A stretch of 63,770 bases of DNA, the filler included, from Collodictyon triciliatum (taxonomy: Eukaryota): assembly GCA_043381765.1 (NCBI GenBank). It is 4 parts of 4 records of this genome, joined end to end, with 100 filler letters (N's around TTAATTAATTAA, not from the genome) between each part and the next. Parts side by side here need not be neighbours in the genome. Positions count along the whole stretch, not along the records: positions 37,777 to 56,523 come from JBHJMP010001345.1; positions 56,624 to 63,770 come from JBHJMP010001405.1; 2 more parts are not named here. One strand, given 5' to 3'. This document shows, piece by piece, positions 46,091 through 58,796 of this stretch. The notes beneath the pieces were generated by a model that saw only the letters and a program-made list of their open reading frames with translations, had not been told where the DNA came from and did not search any database. Position 1 is the stretch's first letter; each line of letters opens with the position of its first letter. A program made the translations under genes and the position numbers.

Positions 46091-48007
46091 GCTTGATTAC
46101 TTCCACGGAAGGCCTTATTATAAGATTCAGGAACATGTCGAGTTGTCATTTGATGTTCTTCGCAGTTGAGGCTTTTTGTTTTTGGTTGAGATTATTTATA
46201 GATAATTAATTTTTGGAATCACCACACATACCATAAGATGCCGGACTAATTATGCCATAAAAGGGACTATACGAGAAACTGAAGCTTATATATAAACATG
46301 TAATTCAAACCAGTGTTCAACGGTTATATAAAACAGCTCTGAGACTTCCTCAGGGTCCAGACGCCTCTCAAATTTATCAACCGAGGCCACATCCCCTGTT
46401 GTTCCTTTGGAAAAGAAGCTAGTGACACTGTCGCATTTTGACAAACCACCAGCTGTTGCGGATTCAACAGAGGGTCGGTCGCTCTATTTGGTTATTCAAT
46501 TTATTTATTTATTTGCTAGAATGATAAGCAGATCATCATTTATATACAATAAATATTCTCACTTCAGGAAAATCTTGGTTTGGCGCAGAAGCTTCCTGAA
46601 CAGGAATATCTGCTTCCTGGATGAGAGGCTGGGCTACTGGAAGGTTTGGCTCCGACGGTTTACTCTGTTTTGTCTCCTCTAATATCTCTTCAACACTCTT
46701 CGGATTCCCTTCCAAATGGAGGTCAGTTTCTTTTTGGCGGTCATGAAAGGATTTCCATATGCCGTATGGTATATGTGAGATTTTGTTTTGGTCTATGTAA
46801 AGTTGCTCCAGTTGAGTCAGAGACGAGAGGGATTCGATGCCATGACTGTCAACTCCGCATCCAGATAACTTTAGAATCTTAACCGACGTTAAGTGATGCA
46901 TATTTGCAGGTAACCTCACGAGTGGATTCTCGCTAACGTCGAGTATTTGGAGAGAATTCATGCACGATATATCTTCAGACAGAGATGTTAATCCATTCGC
47001 CCGAATGGATAAGGATTGTACATGAGAAAAGGGGCTGAAGCAAAAGGGCTTTGGCGGGACGTCATCCTTTCCTGTGCGTGGTGATTGACCTCCGGCCGGT
47101 ATAGAGAATACGTGGTCTAATCGAACGTCGATAACTGACTTTGGCAGTATCAAATCATGAGGTATTTCTGAAAGGGGATTGCCACTCATGTCGAGAACCC
47201 TGATGTTGGGGAGAGAAAGGACGGCTTGTGGTATGGATGTGAATCTGTTATTCCGGATGGTCAGTTCTAGAATGAAAGGTGCTATGTGTGAAAAGACATC
47301 TGGGAGTTTGGATAGTCCGTGGTTATCAAGCAACAGTCGACCGTCCCACTTCGACTCCATCTCCAACTTCATGCAGTCCATGATGTATTCTTCTACAGAC
47401 TTGATTCTAGCCTCCATGAGCTCATCCTATGGAAAAAAAAATATCGTGATTTGAATTGGGAGTGCATATAAAGAGAAATATCAAAAGATAAAGTATTACT
47501 TGACCGATCAGAAAAGACTGGCTTGTCACCAAAATTATGTGCCGTAAACCGAGACTACAAAACAACAAGAAAAAACAAGAAAAAACAACAAGAAAAAACA
47601 AGAAAAAACAAGAAAAAACAACAAGAAAAAAACAACAAGAAAAAAACAACAAGAAAAAAAACAACAAGAAAAAAAACAACAAGAAAAAAACAACAAGAAA
47701 AAAACAACAAGAAAAAACAACAAGAAAAAAATGAAAAAGCGAAAGAAAAAAAAGGGCAAGAGCAGAAAGAAATATTCGACACATTATTTAGGTCGTAAAT
47801 TACATATTTGAGTCTAGCTTCAATATCAGACAGGTCTTTGATGGACTTTGACCGGTTGGCAAACTTTTCCATCAAGTGATTGAGCTGCTGATCGCTGGCG
47901 GAGGGATCGGCAAGGAGCTCTCCAAGAGACTTATCCAGATCCGCAAAGCGGGCCTCTGCATCCTCCAACTGTGCGAGCGTGTCTTCCATATTCTTATGCT
48001 GGAGCAT
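45449..48007 (-). CDS. Coiled-coil + leucine-rich-repeat protein with C-terminal Rdx-like domain (EHC-LNC-EEH motif)
   Basis: Exon 1 is coiled-coil-like. Exon 2 has LRRs (LELTIRNNRFTSIP, LDMSGNPLSEIP, LSIRANGLTSLS, LDVSENPLVRLP, LYIDQNKISHIP). Later exons read FYITVEHC|LNCEEHQMTTRHVPESYNKAF..RKRLPRLGSFEVTLVSKNGPMKY|ALYSKLERKKFPNPTNITKKLESYFQLDEK*, with stop at 45449. Confidence 0.85.
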
Positions 48008-48283
48008 CAGTAAGTTTCAATCTTCGTTTACATCTTTCGTTCCAGCACGTTCTGCTTCGTTCTTCTGTCCCACTACGTCTCTTTTTTTTTATATATATAT
48101 CTACTCTCTCCTCCCTTCTACTTCACTATTCCTCTTGTTTTTGGCCTTATATACCCTGCAGTACAGACCGAGCTCGTCGGCCGAATCATGCGCCTGGTGA
48201 TTTGGCCACGCACGCTGCAAGCCAGGTTTAAGAAAACGAATCAAAACCAGAAACAAAAAATCCGTTACGCGTGATTTCAGGAT

Positions 48284-48310
48284 TATAAATATAGTAATTT
48301 TCCATGGCAA
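48284..48310 (+). promoter_or_regulatory. Upstream TATA box and CAA motif of tRNA-His
   Basis: TATAAA at 48284-48289 (-34) and CAA at 48308-48310 relative to the mature 5' end at 48318. Confidence 0.45.
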
Positions 48311-48317
48311 ACATGTA

Positions 48318-48389
48318 GCCGTCTTAGTATAGTGGTTAGTACTTCACGTTGTGGCCGTGATAACCTCGGTTCGATTCCGAGAGACGGCA
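48318..48389 (+). tRNA. tRNA-His (anticodon GTG); G-1 not encoded
   Basis: Acceptor stem GCCGTCT/AGACGGC+A; D-arm TAGTATAGTGGTTAGTAC; anticodon arm TCACG-TT[GTG]GC-CGTGA; T-arm CTCGG-TTCGATT-CCGAG; base -1 is A. Confidence 0.96.
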
Positions 48390-48774
48390 ATCGCTTTTGT
48401 TTCCTCCAGGAAATTCGTTTGCCGCGCTTGATACTTTGAATATCTTTTACCTAAAAGGCAGCGATTTGGCCGTCTTCCATGAATCGGCAGTGGAGTCTTT
48501 TTGTTTGGCTTCATTGAGATCCATCGCAATCTCTTGCGCTGCCTCTAGAAGGTTGGCTTCTATCTATTTCGCGCCAGGAGAGGCTTTGTGCGCCTGAGAC
48601 TTTTACCTCCTTCACGTCTTATAAGTCATTTATTATCTGACTTTTATCAGCATTATATAGATAAGCCGATGTGCATCCTCTCCTCTCCTCTACTCTTGAC
48701 TCCCTTGTTCGTTCGCCTCATTCGTCTCATTCCACACTTTCGAGGCAGGTGTCGTTCGGCTTTTCTTTAGTGCT

Positions 48775-51143
48775 ATGCAAGCAGATCCAAACGAGAAGCT
48801 GTGGGTCCGTGCGTTCTGCGGTGGTCTCGCGTCATGCACAGCCGAGGCTGCTACTTTGCCGATGGACACAACAAAGATAAGGATGCAGTTGGCGGGTGAA
48901 CTTGGAAGCCAGGTCTCGAATATAACTGGTGGCTTCCTTTGTCTCTGACGAGAAACTGACTCCCTAATATTACTGATCATTATTTCACCACTATTGGACT
49001 GCACACTTTTTTTGTATCATTGAGCTCCAATGATACTTTATTTTGATGGATACAAACATGAATTTAAGTTTTTCTATGCCCTCCCTATACTCGCCCTATC
49101 AAGCTAATCACCATTCACATTCCAAATGCCAATCTTATCGGAAGACCGCAAAACGTGGGCTTGTCGGAACCTTCACTCATATTGTGAAGACTGAAGGTAT
49201 TGCAGGACTGTACAAAGGACTGACCCCAGGACTCCTTCGGCAAGCTACTTATTCCAGGTCAGTGATGTTTAGTTCGCATGAACTAGAACTAAGTATGACC
49301 GTACGAAAAGATACAATATATAAGAAAATGAATATTAATGTTTTTATATTCTCTATTTTTCATACCTTTAATGAAGTTGAATTCTTTTTTATGAGAATAA
49401 TAGCAGTTTCCTTCTATGTATTGCTTTATCATGGAATGTGATTTTTCCTCATTCTAATGAGGATATTTTCATTTATCTATCCAAAAAAACTAACTAAAAA
49501 AACCAAACCAAACCAAACCAAACCAAACCAAAAATAATAAATAGATAAATAAAATAAAATAAAAATAATTCACGACAGTGTGAGAATGGCAGTCTATGAA
49601 CCACTACGAAATATATTTGGAATTAACACAGGGTCCAAGGACTCGCCGCCACTGATGTATACATTATAATTCCGATACAATTCTTTACATTTTTTTGGAC
49701 CAGCCATTCATAAATTATCTATAACTCTTTCACATGCTAATGTTTATCTGTATGATAAGAGCTAAAATTCTTGCGGGCGGTTCTTCCGGTGTCATTGGAG
49801 CATTCATAGCCAATCCCACGGATCTTGTCAAGGTTTGAACAACGATATTCTGAGATATGTTGTTATTTAGTATGCCTTTAACCCCGTCGTCTCTTAGTGA
49901 GTATAATTGTCCAAATGATGCTTTTTTTTATTTATAGTATATTAATAAAAAAAAAAGCATCACCAAAAAAAAAACATTTTTTTTTACTTGCTATCACTTA
50001 ACCCAATAGATTCGCATGCAGGCTGATGTGGCTGGTACAAGATATCGGAACACACTTCATGCTTTTGCGACTATCTTTCAGGTGGAGGGACTTGCAGGGA
50101 TGTGGAAAGGGGTTATGCCTAATATGCAGCGTGCCTTCATTGTGAATGCTGCTGAACTATCAACATGTAACACTATCTTTAGACTTTTGAATTTGTCTAT
50201 CATTTGTTTATCATTTTTGTATGTATTTATGTATGTATGTATGTATGTATGTATGTATGTATGTATGTATGTATGTATGTATGTATGTATGTATGTATGT
50301 ATGTATGTATGTATGTATGTATGTTATTTTTCATTCTATGATGAGGGCTAATGTTCCCCTCTCTTCCTTTATCCAGCTCAAAGTACGGTCAATAATAATT
50401 TTATCAATTCAATGTATTGTTTGATTTTTCTAGATGACCATTGCAAGCAGTTGATTGTGAAAAACAAATTGATGGAGGATGGCACTGGTGCACACGCAGC
50501 AGCTTCTTTCCTGGCTGGATTTGTCGCCGCAGTATGCAGCACCCCGGTTGACTTGACAAAGACGCGTTTGATGAACCAGCCAGTTGATGCAAATGGCAAA
50601 GTACGTCCTGTCAATCGATGGCTACACGATTAATGTCAACATTCACATTCTCCAGTTTTTCTTCATACAATTATCCAAAATTTTAACGCATCTTCGAAAT
50701 GACTGGTCATTTTCTTGGACTAATTTCTTATTTTGATATGTTCATTTATTTTTAAATACTACTCTCAGTAATATTCTTATTTGTTCATCTAAACACCCAG
50801 GGCACACTTTACACTGGCATGCTTGATTGCATGACGAAAACAGTCAAATCGGAAGGATTCTTTGGAATGTATAAAGTAATTCATTTATTCTTTCGTCCTC
50901 AAGCAATATACACGAGTAATACCAATACTGTTGTTTTGTAATATCAGATGGTATAACCCTCGGATGCACACATACATTCTATATGCCCTGTATACCATGT
51001 GCTCATATTATACACTATTCGCTCCCATAAATGTCCGATGTTTGTAGGGGTTCTTTCCCACATGGCTCCGAATTGGGCCCTGGGCGATGGTTATGTTCAT
51101 TTCCTTTGAGCAATACCGCAACTTCATGAACAAGCGCTTTTAA
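48775..51143 (+). CDS. Mitochondrial carrier (SLC25), uncoupling protein UCP4/UCP5-like; multi-exon
   Basis: Three PxDxxKxR signatures (LPMDTTKIRMQ, NPTDLVK|IRMQ, TPVDLTKTRLMNQ), plus GLLRQATYS, PNMQRAFIVNAAELSTYD and GFFPTWLRIGPW..MFISFEQ. Stop at 51141-51143. Confidence 0.93.
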
Positions 51144-51689
51144 TTGCATCAAGCATAATCATCTGCTATCGCTTCTGTATCAGATTTCGGAAACCCTTTC
51201 TTTTTTTTTTTTTCCTTTTAAAAAAAGAACATAATAAACGATTTCCGAGCTGATAAAAAAGTCGGTACTGTGCAGTTTCATTCTATAATTTACCACGTGA
51301 CAGGCATACTATATTTAATTACTATTTAAATAAATAAAAAAANNNNNNNNNNNNNNNNNNNNNNNNNNNNNNNNNNNNNNNNNNNNNNNNNNNNNNNNNN
51401 NNNNNNNNNNNNNNNNNNNNNNNNNNNNNNNNNNNNNNNNNNNNNNNNNNNNNNNNNNNNNNNNNNNNNNNNNNNNNNNNNNNNNNNNNNNNNNNNNNNN
51501 NNNNNNNNNNNNNNNNNNNNNNNNNNNNNNNNNNNNNNNNNNNNNNNNNNNNNNNNNNNNNNNNNNNNNNNNNNNNNNNNNNNNNNNNNNNNNNNNNNNN
51601 NNNNNNNNNNNNNNNNNNNNNNNNNNNNNNNNNNNNNNNNNNNNNNNNNNNNNNNNNNNNNNNNNNNNNNNNNNNNNNNNNNNNNTTCC

Positions 51690-53310
51690 TTTCCTTCTAT
51701 GGGATTTTGTTCTGTCTGGAAATACGGCTCATCTCCTTAACCTGTTTTTTCCCCTAATAATTCATAAATGCGTGATTGATGGGGTTGGGTAAGTAGAGCC
51801 TTTCATCATGAACTAAAACTATCCGGCTTTGCATCAATTTTATCAGAATCATATGATTTATCCACTAATATTTTTATCGCTCAAAAAGAGGGCATACATT
51901 TTTCGTCAATTCTTTCTCCCCATTTTCACCAACACATTCTTCACCATCGCCATATTCATCGTCTTTACCTTCACCATCATCGTGACTGTCGCCATTATCG
52001 TTTGTGAATCTGCCTTCTACAGATACTTTGTTGCTCTTCAGGGTAGAGTATTTTGGGACAATATCTTTTCACTCAGGTTTGTTGCCTTCGCCTCGCTGGG
52101 CTCTTCAGTTGGCTTTGTGGGCACAGAATATGACTGATTGTCTGATTTCAAAGCCGTGTGTCTGTCTTGCGAGTTCAGCTGAATTTCGTTAATCACAACA
52201 TGCTCTTGTTTTGGTTCGAGCACTTGTGGTACGGGGTCTCTCTTTAATAGTAAAGTGGAAGATAAGGTCACCAGAACATTTGGCTTTCACTTTTCGGGAT
52301 AAATTTTGACATAATTTTCTTTTTATTTTGAGGAAATAATGGATGTAAATAAAAGCGCATGCCAATCGTTAAAGTTTTCATGACGTTATTAAAATTGAAT
52401 GGAAATCTTGAAATATTGTTTATATATAAATGAACTCACCGAGGAATCTAGCCTTATGAACGGCCCCTGTGACGGTTTGGAAGTATGGCCAAGCATCGAT
52501 TATTAAAACTTAATAACATATATACAAAAAAACCAAATGGGGTTGTGAATTTTTTCGAATATATTTGTTAATTGATGATGATATAATACTATATCTAGTT
52601 CTCCCTTCATAAGTCTTGTATGGTCTCGCTCATATTATATAACCTTATTTCTTTATTTTCTTTTCAATCAAAAGTTTTCGCTTCGCACTAATTCAAATTT
52701 CAAATTCATACAAGAAACAGCGCGTATACATGACGTTATATGTGGTCGTTGTCTATTGTTTAAAACATACAGCAAGAATAATAAAAACTTACCTGGTCTA
52801 GAGTGCGTGAAATAAAACCCTTTTTAAAGACTTCTTCATTCACCTCTCCCTCCGCGGCAATGCGAGATTTATTTCGGGACCTCTCTTGCATCCAATTAAT
52901 TAATCTACGATTATCACTTTTACTTCTTTTTTTTTTTTTTACTATATACATTACAAAAGAGATAAGAAGATTTCTAGAAAGCATTTCTTCTGTTTAAATC
53001 TGGGCTATGTAAACATCGAGGTTTACATCTGGAGTAGAAAGCATAGTAACGAAGCCAAAGTGTTCCTTTGTTGTCATGGTAGGAATGCCTCTCTTTTTTT
53101 CAATAAGAAAATTTTAAAATGAGTTAATTAACTATTTAATGAGTTTGATCGGAAAGCTAACAGAATTTCACCTATTTTGAGAAACGCAAAAAGTACCTTT
53201 GAAAAGAACTATGTGGCATTGGTTACATCTTTTCGAAGTCAAGTGAATGCGGATGGTCGTGCTCGACTGCTTGGGAGACATCGATGATATACATCTGATT
53301 CTTAAAATAT
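51690..53310 (-). pseudogene. RIO1: RIO1 kinase pseudogene (C-terminal part, introns retained)
   Basis: YIIDVSQAVEHDHPHSLDF-[frameshift about 53235]-RKDVTNAT*(TAG 53209-53211)FFSK|RGIPTMTTKEHFGFVT..; GEVNEEVFKKGFISRTLDQ; FQTVTG; acidic tract; ..KIP. Two splice sites appear mutated (cag/attt donor, ttgg/atg acceptor). Confidence 0.78.
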
Positions 53311-54422
53311 CTACAGGTGTATTAGGATGGTATCGATACCTTAGTGAATATTTGGTCGATGGCTTTTTTTTTTTAAGAAAAGTATGAGAATGGAAAAAGC
53401 CATTGTTTTCATATCATAGTAATTTATATCTATTCTATTCTATAAATAAATTTGCACGGTTTGTTTGTTTGTTTGTTTGTTTGTTTGTTTGTTTGTTTGT
53501 TTGTTTGTTTGTTTGTTTGTTTGTTTGTTTGTTTGTTTGTTTGTTTGTTTGTTTGTTTTAGAGTCATTATAGCTGTATGTTGAGGGTAATACTGAATACC
53601 ATATAATCTTTAGACATCTCTGGATAATCTTGACATATTATCGGTGATAAACATTACACACGATGCATATATTACTTTTCTCTATGTAATGAGTTGCGTT
53701 TTTCATACAAAAAAAATATCATCACTGCATGATATCTTATTTTATTTGATTATCTCATAGAGAAAGAATAACATAGAAATATAATAAATAGAGACAGCTA
53801 GAGGAGGCTATTTGACGTATTGCTGTACGCTATGTATTCCTTCTTTGCTTTTATATGCCCAGAACAGACATCATCTTGCAAAACTCATACCACTCTCGCT
53901 GGCTGTTAAGCATCCGTTTAATGAAAGGGCACAGGAGAAAGCTATCCACTTGTCATCAAGCATACTCGTTGGCATAAGCTACTTCAATAAACTTCCTCGC
54001 AATCCCTCTCGTATAGGTATGGGACATGCTCTACCATTTTCTGCGCGCGCATCATACTTCAAATGACTCTTTTCCAACTTGGCCTTCATCTCTGCGATTT
54101 TAAGGCTGCCCCTCCCGCAAACCCCTTCTAGTATTAATGATAAACAAGGAAAGGACTCACAACTTGTCAAGCACAACTTACAAACTATGCGCTCTATTAC
54201 AGTCGCAGCAACCAAAGTCATAAAACCGCCTCCTCTTTGCCTGTGAATATTCAAGCATGCGATTCATTCCCCAGGGCAAAGAGCATCTTTAAGAGACTTC
54301 AAGCAAGCTTCTTGTCGCTCTCTTGGAATAGGTTGATCACTGTCTTCAAAAAAGAAAAAAGAAAAAAGAAAAGAAAAGGGTAGGAGGGTGAGAGCAAAGG
54401 GAGAGAAACGAAACTAAAAACT

Positions 54423-55778
54423 ATGGTTGGTCGAGAGGAAAACAATAGCCCAGCCTTGAGGGAATGGCACTGGCCCGAGTACAGTCACGAGCAAAGAGTC
54501 CAAATAGCAAAAGCCTTCCGCACCGTGTCGCACCGGAGCCTATTAAAAAAGGCTTACCATCAAGAGACCAGTCACTTGCAGACAAAGACACCTACTTATC
54601 TTATCTTGTGGAGGATAATGAAGAAACAGAATTGTCTGTACGATGAGATATATGCCACTTTCTATGTTTTTGTTATGGCATGCCTAGCAGCTTTATGCCC
54701 TATCATCGCCAACTTATGGATTGCATGGACTGGTTATATCCACTATTCTTTAGTTTCTTGTACCCAAGATGTGAATGGAAACGATCATTCGATAGATTAC
54801 AAAATGCCAATCTCGTTCAACCAGACATGTGTCCAGCCACTCGGTCTATTCCAGGTTTTTATGTGATATCTATTTTACTTTCTTTTTTTTAAAAAAAAAG
54901 AAAAGAAAAGAAAAGAAATTGTTTCATCTTTAATATATTCTTAAGCGCAACCATTTATTTCTAGTCAAAAATTGAAATGAAGTAAATACTAGAATCTCAA
55001 TGAATACAACACAACGCTTATTGTATACTCCGAGGAAAATGTTTGCATAGGGTATTACTCAACGTTTCTAGAAGAATCACAATATTCAAACCGTGCCAGT
55101 GTGTTTCTTTTGGCAACCATTCTATCAATATGTCTCTTTGTTTATTGGATAAAAGAGAGATACAGGAAACTTCGAGCTTTGATTATCTCTGTCTATTTCC
55201 AAGCAACTCTTGTCACGGAACCGCTAAAATGGGGATTTTTGGACCAGTACGGATATGTAAGTCTCTGGTTTGTTGCATACTACTACTTTTGGACAACCCA
55301 GCAAGAGGGTGTCATTGATTACCTAGTAGTAAACAACAAACAATACACTTGCAGTGACATCATCCTCCCTGATTTGATACCTCAGCGTGATATGAATTAC
55401 TTAGCTCGTTGCGCTGAGTGCAATACAATTACATCATTTGTATTGCTCAGATTCTCTGACAACTTCAAATTTACACTCTCTTCTTACATCGAATTCACTA
55501 CTGTATGCTATGCCTGGTATAAAGTAGCATGGTTGAACACAAAATTATACAATTTCATCGAACCTGATATCCATTTGTTCGACTCGTCTCTTACAGAGAC
55601 AAACTGGGAGGATATCACCAAGCTTAGAAAAAGGTTTGAATGCATTCTTTTGTTTCTTTTCAAAAATTGTCTTATTTCGACGAGCGAAAGACTTTCCCAT
55701 TGTGTATTTAAATATGATAAAAATCACAAATTAGAAAAATGCACATCGTTCGTGCCTATGACTACGAAACCTACGTGA
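54423..55778 (+). CDS. Uncharacterised multi-pass membrane protein (two exons: 54423-54843 and 55051-55778)
   Basis: A phase-1 GT-AG intron joins the 147-aa and 225-aa ORFs in frame (VQPLG|YYSTFLEE). Several hydrophobic segments; no family recognised. Confidence 0.6.
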
Positions 55779-56434
55779 TGAAAAAGTCGATCGCAAGAGC
55801 TTACCCCACTCTGACTCCACCTGAAAGGGAAGAATTTGATATTGACCACGGTGTTGTGGAAATGTACGAGAGAGAGACCAGCGAATTGCTCGGAGGTGCC
55901 CCAGATAACTCATAAAATTAACTATTGAGGTTATATTTCATAATTTGTTTATTAAGGATGCATTTGTCTTGTATTTTTTCAAAATAAAAAACAATCTGTA
56001 CATTCTAGTGCGTCTTGATTTTGATTGCTGGTTGAAAATTACAGTTTTACTCCAAAAAGAGCTTCTTTATTCGATTTATATTATTACTTTTTTATTTTTA
56101 CTTTTTTTTTTCGAGTAGAGGATTATATATTTTTGCAACCTTCTATTACATATCACGTCATCAACACTTTCCGAATTTACTGATCTTTTGAATACGTGAT
56201 CCTATTCGAGTTATTCAAAAAAAAAAGGAGGGTTAACTTGCATAAGTGAAAAGACTTCTTCAAATGATAGTTTTTTTCATGTATTTAATTAAAACAGTTT
56301 CAATACTTGAGTACTCTTAAAATTTCGATGTTCAAAGAAAAAAGGAGGACATAATATACTCCTTATTTGCTCCTTTCTTTCTTTGAATTCCAAGGCTCTG
56401 TCATAGAGTGGCAGTATAGATGTATATTATTATA

Positions 56435-56523
<89 letters not shown>

Positions 56524-56567
56524 NNNNNNNNNNNNNNNNNNNNNNNNNNNNNNNNNNNNNNNNNNNN

Positions 56568-56579
56568 TTAATTAATTAA
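56568..56579. other. Artificial scaffold-joining linker
   Basis: TTAATTAATTAA within N padding. Confidence 0.97.
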
Positions 56580-56842
56580 NNNNNNNNNNNNNNNNNNNNN
56601 NNNNNNNNNNNNNNNNNNNNNNNAAAAGAATGAATAGTTATTTTTCCACATATTTAAAAATACCACACCAAAAGATTGTTTTTTTTTTTTCTCCCCCCCC
56701 CCCCCCCCTTCTCTGCTTTCTAGGTCGTTCTCTCTTTAGTGATGCTCTAATTCGATTTTTATGAGTATTTTATTGGTACACAATAAATTACTTATCCTGT
56801 GATTATGACATATTTTCATAATATTTTATCTTGTTTGTGTAG

Positions 56843-58796
56843 ACAAACTTTCCTCATGGCATCTGTCAAAAGAAAAGATAGCGGGACATCCAATTTCTCT
56901 ATTTCCAGCAGTAAATCTAATATGAACAAAACATCCTCATCATACCTAGGACGAGTAAGGTATTATGTCTCCTCCATACTATCTAATTGAAAAGAAGAAT
57001 AAAAAAAAATCTCACTAAAACTATTAATTCATCCGGATATGAAAAAATAAATAAATAAAAAAGCTGTCCAAAAAATAAGAAAAAAAAAGTAAACCGAAAA
57101 ATTATAACATTTAAAGATCTCGACTGGGAAGGAAACTCTTCAGCATTTATGACAATGGTGATAATCCAAGTAAATCCTCAGACCCTCTCAAGAACCGTCG
57201 TGAATTGGGTGCTGTCTCATATGTAAGCTCCATCATCGAAATTCAATTTTATACGTCAATAAATAAACAAAATTGAAACTAAAATCCAAATATTTTTGCT
57301 ATTCAAGCTACTTCACTCATGAGGTAATGCATTGAAACGAGTCATGATGAATTAATTGAATTTATTTTAGATCAGCACACCATCTGAAATAGTAACATGC
57401 AAAATGATAATCTGCATTCCTGAGGTGTCAAAAACGTGTGTTCCTGTCACATGGAGACCCTCTCATCCTTCAAAAGGTATTGTGTCGAAAAAAAAAACAT
57501 ACAATCTTCCTTTCCTTTCCTTTTCATGAAACATCAGAAATTCGTAGAGTAAAATTGTGTACTATCGCCTTTGCTTTCTATTGAACAATCATCATATCAT
57601 AAATGATAATTCTATTATAATTACAAAACGCACTTATGCTATTTAAAGGTTTATTGGATAAATTCTACAATGATGAACTAGAGGTTTTTGAATTTAATAT
57701 TCATATGCATTTTTTCAACAAACAAACAAACAAACAAACAAACAAACAAACAAACAAACAAACAAACAAACAAACAAACAAACAAACAAACAAACAAACA
57801 AACAAACAAACAAACAAACAGACGAAAGTAGAAAAGAAAAGAAGAAAAAGAAGAAAAAGAAGAAAAAGAAGAAAAAGAAGAAAAAGAAGAAAAAGAAGAA
57901 AAAGAAGAAAAAGAAGAAAAAGAAGAAAAAGAAAACAAATATATGCAGGAAATGACGGTGCTAGAGACCAAAGACCCACATTACGACCCAGGTGCCTTAG
58001 CTTCAATGTTAACCAACTTTTTCCTTCAGTTTTTCACATAATTTTCTCAATATAAACATATCCCCTATCTTTATTTCGTTTATATATATCTGATATATGC
58101 ATTTCCTTTATGGTTTCTAAATACTTTATGATTTTTTCTCTCTTGCAGACCGCAAGGTTTACTCTCTGGATTTCAAAGGCCGCGTAAAAGTTGGTAGCTT
58201 GAAAAACTTCCAACTTTGTGACAGCAGACAGCGTAATAATTATGCATTCATCTCCCCAATACTCGGTTTTGGTGTGATACATTCTTTCTATATAATTATA
58301 CATTTATGTGAGTCTAAAAATACCACAGGACATACATCAACAACCCATAACTCTTTTGTCTCAATAAACTGTTGAAAAGAAACCAACCGCCCCCCCCCCA
58401 TAACTCTACGAAAACTTAATATACTGCTATTTTTTTTAATCTAATTGTCATGCAAATCCTGTAGCAAATGACGTCATCTTTCAGTTTGGTCGCGTGGAAA
58501 AAGATGCGTTCATCCTTGACTTTAAGTACCCATTAAATGCATATCAGGTTCGATTTCATCGACCATCTGCTTATTTATTCTGACCTGCATCTTGTGTTGG
58601 AATTGTGTGTTCAACGGTGCATGCCATGATTAATCTCAGCCTTAATATGCTAATGTTCATAGCACTGTTTATTTATTAATCAGCACAAATAAACGCATGA
58701 AATATCACTTTGGCGTTTTGCATTTTTAATTAACACATTTTCGGTATACAGGCTTTTGCAATTGCATTGACTAGGTTTGATACGTCCCTTGCATAG
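56843..58796 (+). CDS. Tubby-like protein (TULP), C-terminal Tub domain; 5' part missing
   Basis: FLMASVKRK..TSNF.IS..SSYLGRVR|S...LFSIYDNG..RRELGAVSY; KMIICIP; YSLDFKGRV.VGSLKNFQL; VIFQFGRV..DAFILDFKYPLNAYQ|AFAIALTRFD..LA*. Confidence 0.9.

Noticed and set aside
53209-53211. Stop-codon reassignment (in-frame TAG in RIO1, TGA and TAA in Fanzor)
   Set aside because: The stops co-occur with frameshifts, intact genes here end in TAA, TAG and TGA, and long conserved ORFs have no internal stops.
18822-56623. Palindromic TTAATTAATTAA recurring at about 18.85-kb intervals
   Set aside because: Always embedded in N padding. It is a six-frame-stop linker joining scaffolds of near-identical length (18755 and 18747 bp for the two internal ones), so it is an assembly artefact and removes any synteny argument across linkers.
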